Both the position numbers and the translations under genes were made by a program. From NCBI GenBank assembly GCA_034530875.2, contig JAVRCJ020000044.1, positions 1-54,846 on the forward strand: a stretch of DNA of 54,846 nt. Reading direction: 5' to 3'. The notes under the pieces were generated by a model that ran no database searches, was not told where the DNA came from, and worked only from the letters and a program-made list of their open reading frames with translations. Origin of the DNA: Nostoc sp. DedSLP01 (GTDB lineage Bacteria; Cyanobacteriota; Cyanobacteriia; Cyanobacteriales; Nostocaceae). Below, in pieces: positions 17,445 to 27,105 of the stretch. Position 1 is the stretch's first letter; every line of letters starts with the position of its first letter.

Positions 17445-17882
17445 ATGCCGATTATTAAGAAATTAATTGAAATCGAAACAGAGCCGAAAATTAATATTCA
17501 TAATATAACGCCACAAATCAAAGATTTGATTGCATCAACATCAATTAAGAACGGACAAATTTTAGTGTTCTCTCGCCATACTACGACAGCATTAGCTATT
17601 AACGAAAATGAAGTTAGGCTCTTAGAAGATATCAAAGTTTTCTTGCAGAAATTAGCGCCAGAATCAGACAGCTATTTGCATAATGACTTGCATTTGAGAG
17701 ACGTCCCAGAAGATGAACCGATTAACGCTCACTCTCATTTAATGGCAATGATGCTCGCTACTAGTGAGATAATTCCTATTGTGGATGGTCAATTAGCTTT
17801 AGGAACTTGGCAATCTGTGTTGTTTTTTGAATTGGATGGGCCGCGGAAAAGAACTGTATTTTTACAAATTTCTGGTGAATAA
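17445..17882 (+). CDS. yjbQ: YjbQ / UPF0047 family protein (secondary thiamine-phosphate synthase)
   Basis: HTT...INENE, NAHSH and LGTWQ...ELDG motifs. Confidence 0.92.
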   Translation: MPIIKKLIEIETEPKINIHNITPQIKDLIASTSIKNGQILVFSRHTTTALAINENEVRLLEDIKVFLQKLAPESDSYLHNDLHLRDVPEDEPINAHSHLMAMMLATSEIIPIVDGQLALGTWQSVLFFELDGPRKRTVFLQISGE

Positions 17883-17886
17883 TTTC

Positions 17887-18104
17887 AAGAGGCAGGAGGC
17901 AGGAGGAAACCACATTTTAAAACCTGAGATTGAAGCAAGGACGCCACTTGCTTTATGTCGAGAAATCCGCCCACCGCAGTGGCTGGGCTTTGTATCTCGC
18001 GCTATGCGTCTCGATACAATTCCTCTTTTAAACTGGGCTTTATACTCAGGAACTTTAGTTTTAATTAATACTTCTAACCTCCTGCCTCCTGCCCTCTACC
18101 TCTT
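17887..18104. repeat. Composite intergenic repeat with (GGCAGGA)n / (CCTCCTG)n inverted ends and an internal 44-bp dispersed repeat
   Basis: Complementary heptamer arrays at both ends; 17941-17984 is related to 15057-15101. Confidence 0.55.
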
Positions 18105-18273
18105 GCCTTTTTTGGTAACTAAATCTTTAAAGTCCTTACGGGCATTGCTAATTTGAGAGAATAACGAACATGAATAAAAAGTCCATCATACAAATTTTGA
18201 ATTTTAGATTTGGAATTTTGGAACATGTTCTAGTAATCTCCAACATACTATTTATCTGATTTTGGTATTAGTT

Positions 18274-19323
18274 ATGAAAAATAACGATAACTTTTTCGTG
18301 CGTAATATTTGGTACTATGCTCTGCCTAGCAATCGAATTAAGCCAGGTATGATGGTCAGCCGTGTTTTCTTAGGAGAACCGGTGCTGTTGATTCGCGATC
18401 GCAATGGGAAAGTCTCTGCAATGACGGACATTTGCCCGCATCGTGGCATACCTTTGAGTTGCGGCCGATTCGATGGCGAAGAAGTGGAATGCTGTTACCA
18501 CGGTTGGCGCTTTAACTCTGGTGGAGGCTGTACCGCTATACCTTCTCTTGTAGAAGAACAAAAGATGGATTTGAGTCGCTTCGACGTCCAATCGTATACA
18601 GTCCGGGAAGCCCAAGGGAATATTTGGATATATATGCCCGATCGCGATAACCCCCAACCTCCGGAAATGGATATTCCGGTGATTCCAGGATTTGATGAGG
18701 GCACGCCCCAGTTTATAGAAATCATGCGCTTCCCCTGTTTTATCGATCATGCAGTGGTTGGCCTGATGGATCCGGCTCATTCGCCTTACGTTCATCGCGC
18801 TTGGTGGTGGCGAAACGAGCAATTACACGAGGAAGTGAAGCAATTCGATGCTTCGCCTTACGGTTTTACGATGCGGCGACACAAATTGCCAGCCAACGGG
18901 GGTAAATTATATTGGTTGATTGGCGGTGGTGTGCCGGAAACGGAGATTTCTTTTCGTTTACCTGGAGTCAGAATCGAAGAAACCACAATTGGCAAGCATC
19001 GAGTCGTTAATTTAACCACAGTTACACCAATTTCAGACACAGAAACCGAAGTTACTTTTTCTCTTTATTGGACGCTGCGCTGGGTGGGATTTTTCATGCC
19101 ACTGCTGCATATTTTGGCGCGGACTTTCTTAGGACAAGACCGAACAGTGGTAGAAAAGCAGCAAATTGGACTCAAATATAATCCGGTGCTGCGACTAATT
19201 AAGGACTCAGATGTGCAGGCGCAGTGGTATTACCAATTGAAGCGGGAATATGCCCGGTCTGTTTCAGAAAAACGGGAATTTGTCAACCCTGTTAAAAGTC
19301 AGATACTTCGTTGGCGTGCGTGA
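18274..19323 (+). CDS. Rieske non-heme iron oxygenase (ring-hydroxylating alpha-subunit-like)
   Basis: Rieske CPH-x16-CCYHGW and mononuclear iron motif DPAH..YVH. Confidence 0.92.
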   Translation: MKNNDNFFVRNIWYYALPSNRIKPGMMVSRVFLGEPVLLIRDRNGKVSAMTDICPHRGIPLSCGRFDGEEVECCYHGWRFNSGGGCTAIPSLVEEQKMDLSRFDVQSYTVREAQGNIWIYMPDRDNPQPPEMDIPVIPGFDEGTPQFIEIMRFPCFIDHAVVGLMDPAHSPYVHRAWWWRNEQLHEEVKQFDASPYGFTMRRHKLPANGGKLYWLIGGGVPETEISFRLPGVRIEETTIGKHRVVNLTTVTPISDTETEVTFSLYWTLRWVGFFMPLLHILARTFLGQDRTVVEKQQIGLKYNPVLRLIKDSDVQAQWYYQLKREYARSVSEKREFVNPVKSQILRWRA

Positions 19324-19442
19324 TATTGAAGGCAGGGGAGATGGGGAGATAGAGAAGTGTGGGGGGTGTGGGGAGATGGGGAGGAACAATTGGGTTTAAT
19401 CCAAAAATTTGGATAATTTGTTTTTTGGAGTTTCTTTAGCGA

Positions 19443-20141
19443 TTAATCTAGGCTAAATTCTGCAAATTCTGTTTGCTTGAATAGCATATTTCGGTCTACT
19501 GCTGACAAGATTTTATTATTAGGGCGTTGGCGCAGCCCGCCGTAGGCATCGCTATTTAAACAGCGACAAACTAACTGCGCCACATCTTGGCGATTGATAC
19601 TACCAATAATGGTTGGATCTTCAGTTAAAACGCCATTACCTGTTGCTGGTTCTGACTTGAGTCCACCAGGACGGATGATGGTGTAGGTGAGTCCGCTGGC
19701 AATTAAATGTTGTTCGGCTTTTTCTTTCTCGGCTAAAACTGCCCCTAGTGCGGCTAAGACTTGGGGAGTCAAAGCTCTTACACTATCACCAGCACCAATG
19801 GAAGACACGAGAATAAAATTTTTGATTCCAGCTTTCACTGCTGCGTCAATGAGATTTCGATTACCGGGGTAATCAGGTCTTTCTACATCTGATGGTACAC
19901 CGCCAATAGTGCTGATAACAGTGTCAATCGGTTCATCTGTTACTATTGCGCGTTCTACATCGCCAATATTCAAGGCATCTCCCTGGACTACTTGAATACC
20001 AATATTTTCTAGTTCGCTAGCGACTGTTAGCGTTCTCAGGAGTGCTGTTACTTTTAGCTGTTGCGCCCTCAACGATTTGGCAATTTCTCGGCCAACACCG
20101 CGACTTGCGCCAGCCAGAAAAATGTGAGATGCACTTGTCAT
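19443..20141 (-). CDS. Atypical SDR / NAD(P)H-binding oxidoreductase
   Basis: GASRGVG Rossmann motif, TIIRPGGL and I.R.DVA motifs. Confidence 0.9.
   Translation of the reverse strand: MTSASHIFLAGASRGVGREIAKSLRAQQLKVTALLRTLTVASELENIGIQVVQGDALNIGDVERAIVTDEPIDTVISTIGGVPSDVERPDYPGNRNLIDAAVKAGIKNFILVSSIGAGDSVRALTPQVLAALGAVLAEKEKAEQHLIASGLTYTIIRPGGLKSEPATGNGVLTEDPTIIGSINRQDVAQLVCRCLNSDAYGGLRQRPNNKILSAVDRNMLFKQTEFAEFSLD
19524..19552 (-). repeat. 21-nt SDR5-like element inserted in a HIP1 site, in frame
   Basis: Minus strand GCGAT[GCCTACGGCGGGCTGCGCCAA]CGC adds AYGGLRQ to the protein. Confidence 0.8.
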
Positions 20142-20526
20142 AGTAAGCTTAACTTTTATGTCCCAAGGATTTTATCAGAAGATTGCAATTAGTTATAGAG
20201 TGGTTTAACCATTAGTCCCATCTCAGCAATAAAGTGCTTAGTACGAACTTTTTTAACCTGCGATCGCTAAATCATACAAACTCTTAGAACTGTTGCCACA
20301 GAGACAGTATCTTGTTTCCTTTGTCCTTTAGAATTAATTGATATCATTTAAATTCTGTATAGCTCAGCTACATCTGTTTATGAAATACCTCAGTGTTATC
20401 TAGATGCTCCTACCTGTGTTTTATTAGACTACTAAAATTACTGAATTTTTAATTAACTTAAGATTATAAACTTGAGTAATTCCGTTGGTATAGCTTACCT
20501 TAGGTATGCAATAGCGCGACCCTCTA

Positions 20527-22290
20527 ATGCAGATGGATTGGATTAGCTTACTCAAAGCCCAACAAACTGACTTCCTTCAACGTGTGAAAAAACCTAAAAC
20601 TTACGATTTGTCTTTGCTCGAAAGTCAAGTCAAAGGTTGTCACACAGAAATCATGGCATTTTGTGGTGAGCCATTGGCAAAACTCCAGGAACTTTCTCGC
20701 CAACAAGCAGAAGTTCTCGCCAAAAATCCGCCACCCATGCCGCCAGAATATCCCGAACCTCCCGATTGGACGATACCTTTTCCCAAATTTTTTCAGCAAC
20801 AAGCTGAAGATTATCTTTTACGGGAAAAAATTGTCGATCGCGTCATTGGCGAACGTCTGGGCAAGTTGCTGAAGAAAATCCCACACGACACATTGCAAAA
20901 CATCACTTTAGATGATGAGGGAAATTTATCCGGTCAGAGCAAATTCACTTATGTTCTCAAAGACAATCCTCAGCTGAGCGTTTTAGTTTACGTTGCTGAT
21001 GGCGAAAGTTTTAATGGTATTAAAAAAGACAAAATTAAATGGTCGGTGACTCAAGAAGATTTGAGACATCAAGTATTAATTTTTTTGTGTTTGTTTTACC
21101 CATATACAGGTAAATTAGGTTACGAAAAACAAAGCATAATAACAGGATTTTTACCTACAAACCAACTTGAATTTAGCGAACCAAGGATACATGTTACCCC
21201 CAGTAATTTGTTATATGCGGGGGGATTAAGTTGGTATTTAGAATCACTTATTGGCAAAAAAGATACATCATCAGTAATCGATCGGATGATGGTAGAGACA
21301 ATACAAACTCTACCATCAGAGCATTCTTTGAAAAACATTGTTGGTGACTGGGAATGCTGGCAGACTTTGCAAGGGCATACCAGAGGAATTAATTGCTTGG
21401 CTTTTACTTGCAGGCACAATAATGGCAACGCCTTACCCATCTTGGCAAGCGGTAGCCGTGGTGAAACGAAGCTATGGGATTTAAGCAAAGGTGAATTAAT
21501 CGATACATTGTCAGAGTATCCTTGGGTGATATCTGGGCTAGTGGATGAAGTGAATTCTCTAGCTTTTAGTTCCGATGGACAGACTTTAGTCAGTTGTGGT
21601 GCAGATTCCACAATTAAACTTTGGCATGTCGGCGCTTTAGATTTAATAGATATCCTGCACAAACATCATGGCGTAGTGCGCTGTGCTGCTTTTACCCCAG
21701 ATGGGAGAATGTTAGCAACTGGCGGAGATGACAGGAAAATTTTATTTTGGGATTTGATTCACCGTCAGGTAGCGATCGCCCTTTCTTTAGATGATACAGC
21801 GGCTCATTCCTTAGTTTTGAGTCAAGACGGGCAAACTGTGGTCACAGGTAGCTATCGCAAAATTAAAGTTTGGCGCGTTTCACTCAACACGGGGATTAAA
21901 ACTTTCAAAGATACAGAACCGCAGCATACCCTCATGGGTCATTCTCACATCGTGCGTTCCTTAGCCATCAGTCGAGATGGGAAATTGCTCGTTAGTGGTA
22001 GCTGGGATCGAACGATTAAAATTTGGCAATTAGAGACAGGGAAACTACTTCATACCCTCAAAGGACATACAGATCGAGTGTATGCGATCGCTTTAAGTCC
22101 TGACGAACAAATTATCGCCAGCGGTAGTGCCGATAAAACCATCAAATTATGGCATGTTGAAACTGGGGAATTGCTGGCTACGTTTACAGGTCATGGGAAT
22201 ATAGTTACAGCATTAGCTTTTACAGCTTCCGGTGAGATGTTGGTTAGCGGGAGTTTGGACAAGACAATTAAAATTTGGCAACGGAGTTAG
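20527..22290 (+). CDS. WD40-repeat protein with an uncharacterised N-terminal domain
   Basis: Seven C-terminal GH...S.D.TIK.W repeats. Confidence 0.92.
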   Translation: MQMDWISLLKAQQTDFLQRVKKPKTYDLSLLESQVKGCHTEIMAFCGEPLAKLQELSRQQAEVLAKNPPPMPPEYPEPPDWTIPFPKFFQQQAEDYLLREKIVDRVIGERLGKLLKKIPHDTLQNITLDDEGNLSGQSKFTYVLKDNPQLSVLVYVADGESFNGIKKDKIKWSVTQEDLRHQVLIFLCLFYPYTGKLGYEKQSIITGFLPTNQLEFSEPRIHVTPSNLLYAGGLSWYLESLIGKKDTSSVIDRMMVETIQTLPSEHSLKNIVGDWECWQTLQGHTRGINCLAFTCRHNNGNALPILASGSRGETKLWDLSKGELIDTLSEYPWVISGLVDEVNSLAFSSDGQTLVSCGADSTIKLWHVGALDLIDILHKHHGVVRCAAFTPDGRMLATGGDDRKILFWDLIHRQVAIALSLDDTAAHSLVLSQDGQTVVTGSYRKIKVWRVSLNTGIKTFKDTEPQHTLMGHSHIVRSLAISRDGKLLVSGSWDRTIKIWQLETGKLLHTLKGHTDRVYAIALSPDEQIIASGSADKTIKLWHVETGELLATFTGHGNIVTALAFTASGEMLVSGSLDKTIKIWQRS

Positions 22291-22350
22291 AAGTTAGGAA
22301 ACTTCGTCAACGAGTCTTTGATACTCGTGAATAAAGCTCAGAAGTTTGTT

Positions 22351-22551
22351 ATTGAGTATTGGAACTCCATTAATGAGTATTTGAGCTTCATTAATGAGTA
22401 TTGGAACTCCATTAATGAGTATTTGAGCTTCATTAATGAGTATTAGAACTCCTTTAATGAGCCTTTGAGCTTCATTAATGAGTATTGGAACTCCTTTAAC
22501 GAGTCTTTGAGCTTCATTAATGAGTATTGGAACTTCTTTAACGAGTCTTTG
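22351..22551. repeat. Tandem array of ~21-bp units with a 42-bp higher-order period
   Basis: Alternating AATGAGTATTGGAACTCCATT / AATGAGTATTTGAGCTTCATT, about 9.5 units. Confidence 0.9.
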
Positions 22552-22854
22552 ATAGTCGCGGACAACAAACTCTCAAAACTCTCCGCGCCTCTGGGCCTCT
22601 GCGTGAAATTTACAACCTTCTTTTTTCCTCACGCAAAGGCGCAAAGGCGCAAAGAAGAAAGCAAAAAATGCTGTGATATAGTGCTGACTGGGTTTTCCAG
22701 ATAAATAGTTAAATTATATACAATAGATTATTTGTTACTTATACTCAAAGACACTGAGTTATAACTGGCAGCTGAACAGGTTTTGACTGGTTGACTGTGA
22801 GTTAAGTAATACCAAGTGTCTTTTTACCGAATTCATGGTATTGGAGAATAGTCT

Positions 22855-25800
22855 ATGGCGATGACGAAACTCTGGAAGTTTTTGCGAAACATTCAAGAGT
22901 TGAACTGGGGACAAGGCGTAGAGGTCATAAAGACTGGAGCCGAAGCTGCTAAAGCCGTGTTTGACTTGGCAAAAGCCATTAAGGAGCAAAAACCCAATGT
23001 TCAAAACCTCAAACCTTACGTAGAACAGATTTCCTCGCTATTAGATGTATTTAATTCTCCTCTCGGTCAAATGACCAAGGAAGTGATTCCCTTTGCACCC
23101 CTCGCTATTACCATACTCAAGTTCATTGTTGATGCAACCAACAAAGAGCCAAGTTTAGAAAACTGTGTCCTACTAGTTAGTCAGGCTGCTTACATAGAGA
23201 GTTTTCAGGATATTCTCAAACAAGATTCTGAATTAATCCAAAAAATCGATCCCAACCTTCCTGCTTCTCATGCTTTAGCTTTGCAGATTCAGAAATTAGG
23301 CGAGCAAGAGTTTGATACGCGGGAAGTGAAAAGAGCAATTCTCTATTTTCATGAATCTCAACTAGCAGAATCATTTAATCAGATTTTACAGCAACGCTTA
23401 CAAGAAGCCGGATTAACCGAAACAGAAGCAAAAACCTTCGCTGAACGGGTAGCGCGTCGTACCGATGAAAATATGCAAGACGCATTGGTAGAAGTTGGAG
23501 AGAAAGCAGACAAACTTTGGAAATGGTACAGCGCCGGAGGAAAAGAAAAGCTAGAAAAAAATCTGGATATTGAAGATTATTTAGAAAAGATAATTCAACC
23601 AAAGCCAGAAGAAAATATTTTTGATGAAAGCGATATTACCTTTCGGGATTTGTATGTACCTTTGCAAGTCAAAGAAATCGATGCCAAAGACGATGCAAAT
23701 GTTGAATTGGAAGCATTAGTTAAGGCAATACTGAATGATACAGACTCAAAACAAAAACAAGTTTTATTTATTCAAGGCGAAGCCGGACGGGGAAAAAGCG
23801 TCTTTTGTCGGATGTTTGCCGATTGGGTGCGGCGAGAATTGCATCCGACTTTTACCCCAATTCTCATTCGGTTGCGGGATTTGCGCGTACTAAAAGATAA
23901 CTTAACTGATACTCTAGAAAACTATTTACAACACCTTGATTTTGTCACCAGTGATTCAGGCTGGTTGACTGATAAAAATACTCGCTTTTTATTTTTCCTG
24001 GATGGCTTTGACGAGTTATTGCTAGAAGGACGAGCAAGTGGCGGTTTGAAGGAATTTTTAGAACAGGTGGAACAGTTTCAAAAAGACCGCCTTTGTCATC
24101 ATCAGTTTTTAGTTACCGGTCGTCCTCTAGCCTTGCAAGGAATTGAGCGTTTTCTTTCACAAACCAAAAGCTTGAAGCGCGTTGAACTTCAGCCGATGGA
24201 TGACTCGCTACGGCAAATATGGCTGGAAAAATGGGCAGCTGTGGCTCAAGTTAACAACAGTGAGTTTGAGGAATTTTTGCAGGCTTGCCCTGATGAAGTC
24301 AAAAATAAACTAGCACGAGAACCCTTACTACTCTATTTACTGGCGCGGATGCACCGAGACAACCGTCTCAACGTCCAAATGTTTGCAGGTGCAGACGCTA
24401 TTAAGGCAAAAATCCGTATCTATGATGAATCAATAAAGTGGGTACTAGAAAAACAGCGTGAGAGTGAAAATCAGAATGATAACTCCCGCTTGACTGGATT
24501 GGAGAGCGAAGATTTGCGGCAATTTCTCACCGAAGCCGCGTTGTGTGTGGTGCAGTCTGGGAATGAATGTGCCAGAGTCACGATGTTAGAAGCACGGCTC
24601 AAAGATAGTAACAACCCAGCTGCAAAGTTAATTCAGCAAGCCAGACAGGAGAATGCTTCGGAAAAAAATCAACAAGATAAGCTACTGAATAATCTGTTAA
24701 CGGCATTTTATATTAAACCAGCTTCAGGGGATAAAGGCGGCTCGGTGGAGTTTGTCCACAAGAGTTTTAGCGAGTTTTTATTTGCAGAAAGGTTATTAGA
24801 AGGCTTTGTAGATTGGACGGTGAAGGTAAGCAAGCGTCAGCGTGAAGAAGACTTGGTTAGCACACCTGCAATGGATAAGCAGATTTACGATTTATTAGGT
24901 TATGGGAATTTAACGCCTGAGATTGTCGAATATTTAATGGGGTTGTTGGCTGAGAGTTTAGAATTTCAAGATGCGGAACGCTTATGTAGATTGTTTCAAA
25001 GATTAGAGCAATTCTATTTTCGTTGGTGTGATGGCGAATTTATTGATGCAGACGATGTAAACCTGCCTCAGATGAAGAAAAAACAATTGCGGGAGCAATT
25101 ACCAGAGCGAGAAAATCACTTGGGATTGCGTCAAGTGGATGTGCATACAGGGTTGAATGTGATGATTTTACTCCTAGACTTGCATCGCTATGCCCAAAAA
25201 AAAGACGACCTCAAAGGCAAAATCAGCTTTCACCCTTGTGGTAAACCTGATACCGATCAATTTGACTCACAACGCTTGCTCCATATTATTAGCTATAGTC
25301 ACTGTCTGGATATCTCTGCTTTTAATAAGAACAACTTAGTATTCTTTCTTGGGATTGCCAAAGTCTACCTTGGATTATTTCTTAGGGATGCCAACCTCAG
25401 TCGTGCTAACCTCAACCGTGCCAATCTTATTAGTGCCAATCTTATTAGTGCCAACCTCGAATATGCCAACCTCAGTAGTGCCAACCTCAGTAGTGCTAAC
25501 CTTAGTAGTGCCAACCTCAGCCGTGCTAACTTTAATAGTGCCAACCTCAGCCGTACCGATCTTAGCGAGGTCAAACTAAGTCGTGCGAACCTTAATAGTG
25601 CCGACCTCAGCCATGCTGACCTTAGAGGTGCAAACCTAAGCCGTACTAACCTTAGCGATGCCAACCTTAAGGATGCCAAACTTGATGTTGCCTACCTCAG
25701 CCGTGCCAACCTCAGCCGTGCCAACCTTAGTAGAGCCAATCTCAGTAGTGCTATCCTCCGCAGTGCCGACCTTAGCAGTGCCGACCTTAGCAATGCAGAC

Positions 25801-26460
25801 TTTTACCGTGCCAACCTTAGTAGAGCCAATCTCAGTAGTGCTATCCTCCGCAGTGCCAATCTCAACCTTGCCTACCTCGAATATGCCAACCTCAGCAGTG
25901 CCGACCTCGGTAATGCCAATCTTAGCCGTGCCAACCTCGAAGCAGTTATATGGAACAGTGACACAAAATGGCTCAATGCAGAAGGGCTGCATGAAGCAGT
26001 AGGCATATCCTCAGAGTTAAGGCAAGACTCAGCTTTTGCGGCTGCCGCTTCCTTAAGTCAGGGCATCAGTTGGGTGAGAGAAGGCAAAATTAAAGAAGCA
26101 CAGGAAGCTTTCAAGCAAGCCCAAATATTTGACCCCAGTTTGATAAATTCTGCTGAATTTTGGAATAGCATTTGCTGGGTTGGCTGTTTACACGGTTATG
26201 CTAAAGCTGCTCTCCGCTTCGGTGAAAAAGCAGTTACTCTAGACCCTGACAATAAAAACTATCAAGACAGTCGTGGGCTTGCTAGAGTTCTGACAGGCGA
26301 TTTGGTAGGAGGATTAGAAGATTTCCAAGCTGCTGTAGACAGTGGCACACTTGATTACCACGTGAAGCAGCGACGGCTAAGCTGGATAGAAGCACTGAAG
26401 TCAGGAAATAATCCCCTCACGCCAGAAGAATTGGAGGAGTTGCGGCAGGTTGAGGGTTGA
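22855..26460 (+). CDS. NACHT NTPase - pentapeptide repeat - TPR protein
   Basis: Walker A GEAGRGKS, Walker B FFLDGFDE, PLLL and FVHKSF motifs; long A(N/D)LS pentapeptide tract; C-terminal TPR-like helices. Confidence 0.92.
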   Translation: MAMTKLWKFLRNIQELNWGQGVEVIKTGAEAAKAVFDLAKAIKEQKPNVQNLKPYVEQISSLLDVFNSPLGQMTKEVIPFAPLAITILKFIVDATNKEPSLENCVLLVSQAAYIESFQDILKQDSELIQKIDPNLPASHALALQIQKLGEQEFDTREVKRAILYFHESQLAESFNQILQQRLQEAGLTETEAKTFAERVARRTDENMQDALVEVGEKADKLWKWYSAGGKEKLEKNLDIEDYLEKIIQPKPEENIFDESDITFRDLYVPLQVKEIDAKDDANVELEALVKAILNDTDSKQKQVLFIQGEAGRGKSVFCRMFADWVRRELHPTFTPILIRLRDLRVLKDNLTDTLENYLQHLDFVTSDSGWLTDKNTRFLFFLDGFDELLLEGRASGGLKEFLEQVEQFQKDRLCHHQFLVTGRPLALQGIERFLSQTKSLKRVELQPMDDSLRQIWLEKWAAVAQVNNSEFEEFLQACPDEVKNKLAREPLLLYLLARMHRDNRLNVQMFAGADAIKAKIRIYDESIKWVLEKQRESENQNDNSRLTGLESEDLRQFLTEAALCVVQSGNECARVTMLEARLKDSNNPAAKLIQQARQENASEKNQQDKLLNNLLTAFYIKPASGDKGGSVEFVHKSFSEFLFAERLLEGFVDWTVKVSKRQREEDLVSTPAMDKQIYDLLGYGNLTPEIVEYLMGLLAESLEFQDAERLCRLFQRLEQFYFRWCDGEFIDADDVNLPQMKKKQLREQLPERENHLGLRQVDVHTGLNVMILLLDLHRYAQKKDDLKGKISFHPCGKPDTDQFDSQRLLHIISYSHCLDISAFNKNNLVFFLGIAKVYLGLFLRDANLSRANLNRANLISANLISANLEYANLSSANLSSANLSSANLSRANFNSANLSRTDLSEVKLSRANLNSADLSHADLRGANLSRTNLSDANLKDAKLDVAYLSRANLSRANLSRANLSSAILRSADLSSADLSNADFYRANLSRANLSSAILRSANLNLAYLEYANLSSADLGNANLSRANLEAVIWNSDTKWLNAEGLHEAVGISSELRQDSAFAAAASLSQGISWVREGKIKEAQEAFKQAQIFDPSLINSAEFWNSICWVGCLHGYAKAALRFGEKAVTLDPDNKNYQDSRGLARVLTGDLVGGLEDFQAAVDSGTLDYHVKQRRLSWIEALKSGNNPLTPEELEELRQVEG

Positions 26461-26472
26461 TGTATCCGTTCA

Positions 26473-26499
26473 AGAGACGTTGCATTGCAACGTCTCTAC
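26473..26499. repeat. REP-like palindrome
   Basis: AGAGACGTTGCA-T-TGCAACGTCTCT; second copy at 30425-30450. Confidence 0.7.
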
Positions 26500-26548
26500 A
26501 TCTGGCGCAATTTGGGTGACCTTGTAGGCGATCGCTAACGCACATAAT

Positions 26549-26596
26549 TTGGAATTAACAGCCGAACAGGTTTTTAGTTGGCTGAGTTTGACGTAA
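26549..26596 (+). pseudogene. Probable C-terminal remnant of a Uma2-type gene
   Basis: Encodes LELTAEQVFSWLSLT*, resembling the conserved Uma2 C-terminus. Confidence 0.5.
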
Positions 26597-26794
26597 TCTG
26601 ACAATTCAAAATGTCTCAACGGTAGAAAAAAGCGATCGCCCTCTCGCTTGGCTATCTGCAAATCAAAGCATCTCATCAAAATGATTGACAGGAAAGTTAG
26701 CTAGAAACTAAGCTTTGATTAAGAAAAGATTATAAAGCTAAGAATTTCAATTTTATAAGTTGATTTTCTCAAGCTAGCAGTTGAGAGAGCGTTA

Positions 26795-27004
26795 TTGCGT
26801 AGCCCAGACCCGGTTCAAGTTGGAGACAGAGTTTTGATTTTACGCCCCTTCTATGTCGCAGGAAAAGTTGGGGTAGTTTGTGGTAGAGAGTCACCCTCGG
26901 ATGGTCAACCAACTAGCCGCTGGCTGATTGAAGTGGATGTTGAAAATATTGTGGTGTCACTCAAGAGGCAGGAGTTTGAGGTAATTAACCCACCCTCGGA
27001 GTAA
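26795..27004 (+). CDS. Small hypothetical protein (KOW/SH3-like)
   Basis: 69 aa, VGDRVLI....AGKVGVV motif, GAGAG upstream of a TTG start. Confidence 0.55.
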   Translation: MRSPDPVQVGDRVLILRPFYVAGKVGVVCGRESPSDGQPTSRWLIEVDVENIVVSLKRQEFEVINPPSE

Positions 27005-27105
27005 TACCAATTCTCCAAAAGGAGACAACAGATGATGATGCGGTGACCCGGAGACTGGGAGACGCAAAGATTTATGTATAGCTAGATTTTAGAGAATTGG
27101 TATTA
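27002..27105. mobile_element. MITE-like element with 14-bp terminal inverted repeats
   Basis: TAATACCAATTCTC ... GAGAATTGGTATTA; an adjacent related element (to ~27207) carries (GAATTGC)n. Confidence 0.6.

Noticed and set aside
22351..22551. CRISPR array
   Set aside because: Contiguous degenerate 21-bp units with no unique spacers, and no cas genes nearby.
25349..26002. Overlapping repetitive ORFs in other frames and strands
   Set aside because: Artefacts of the 15-bp pentapeptide periodicity.
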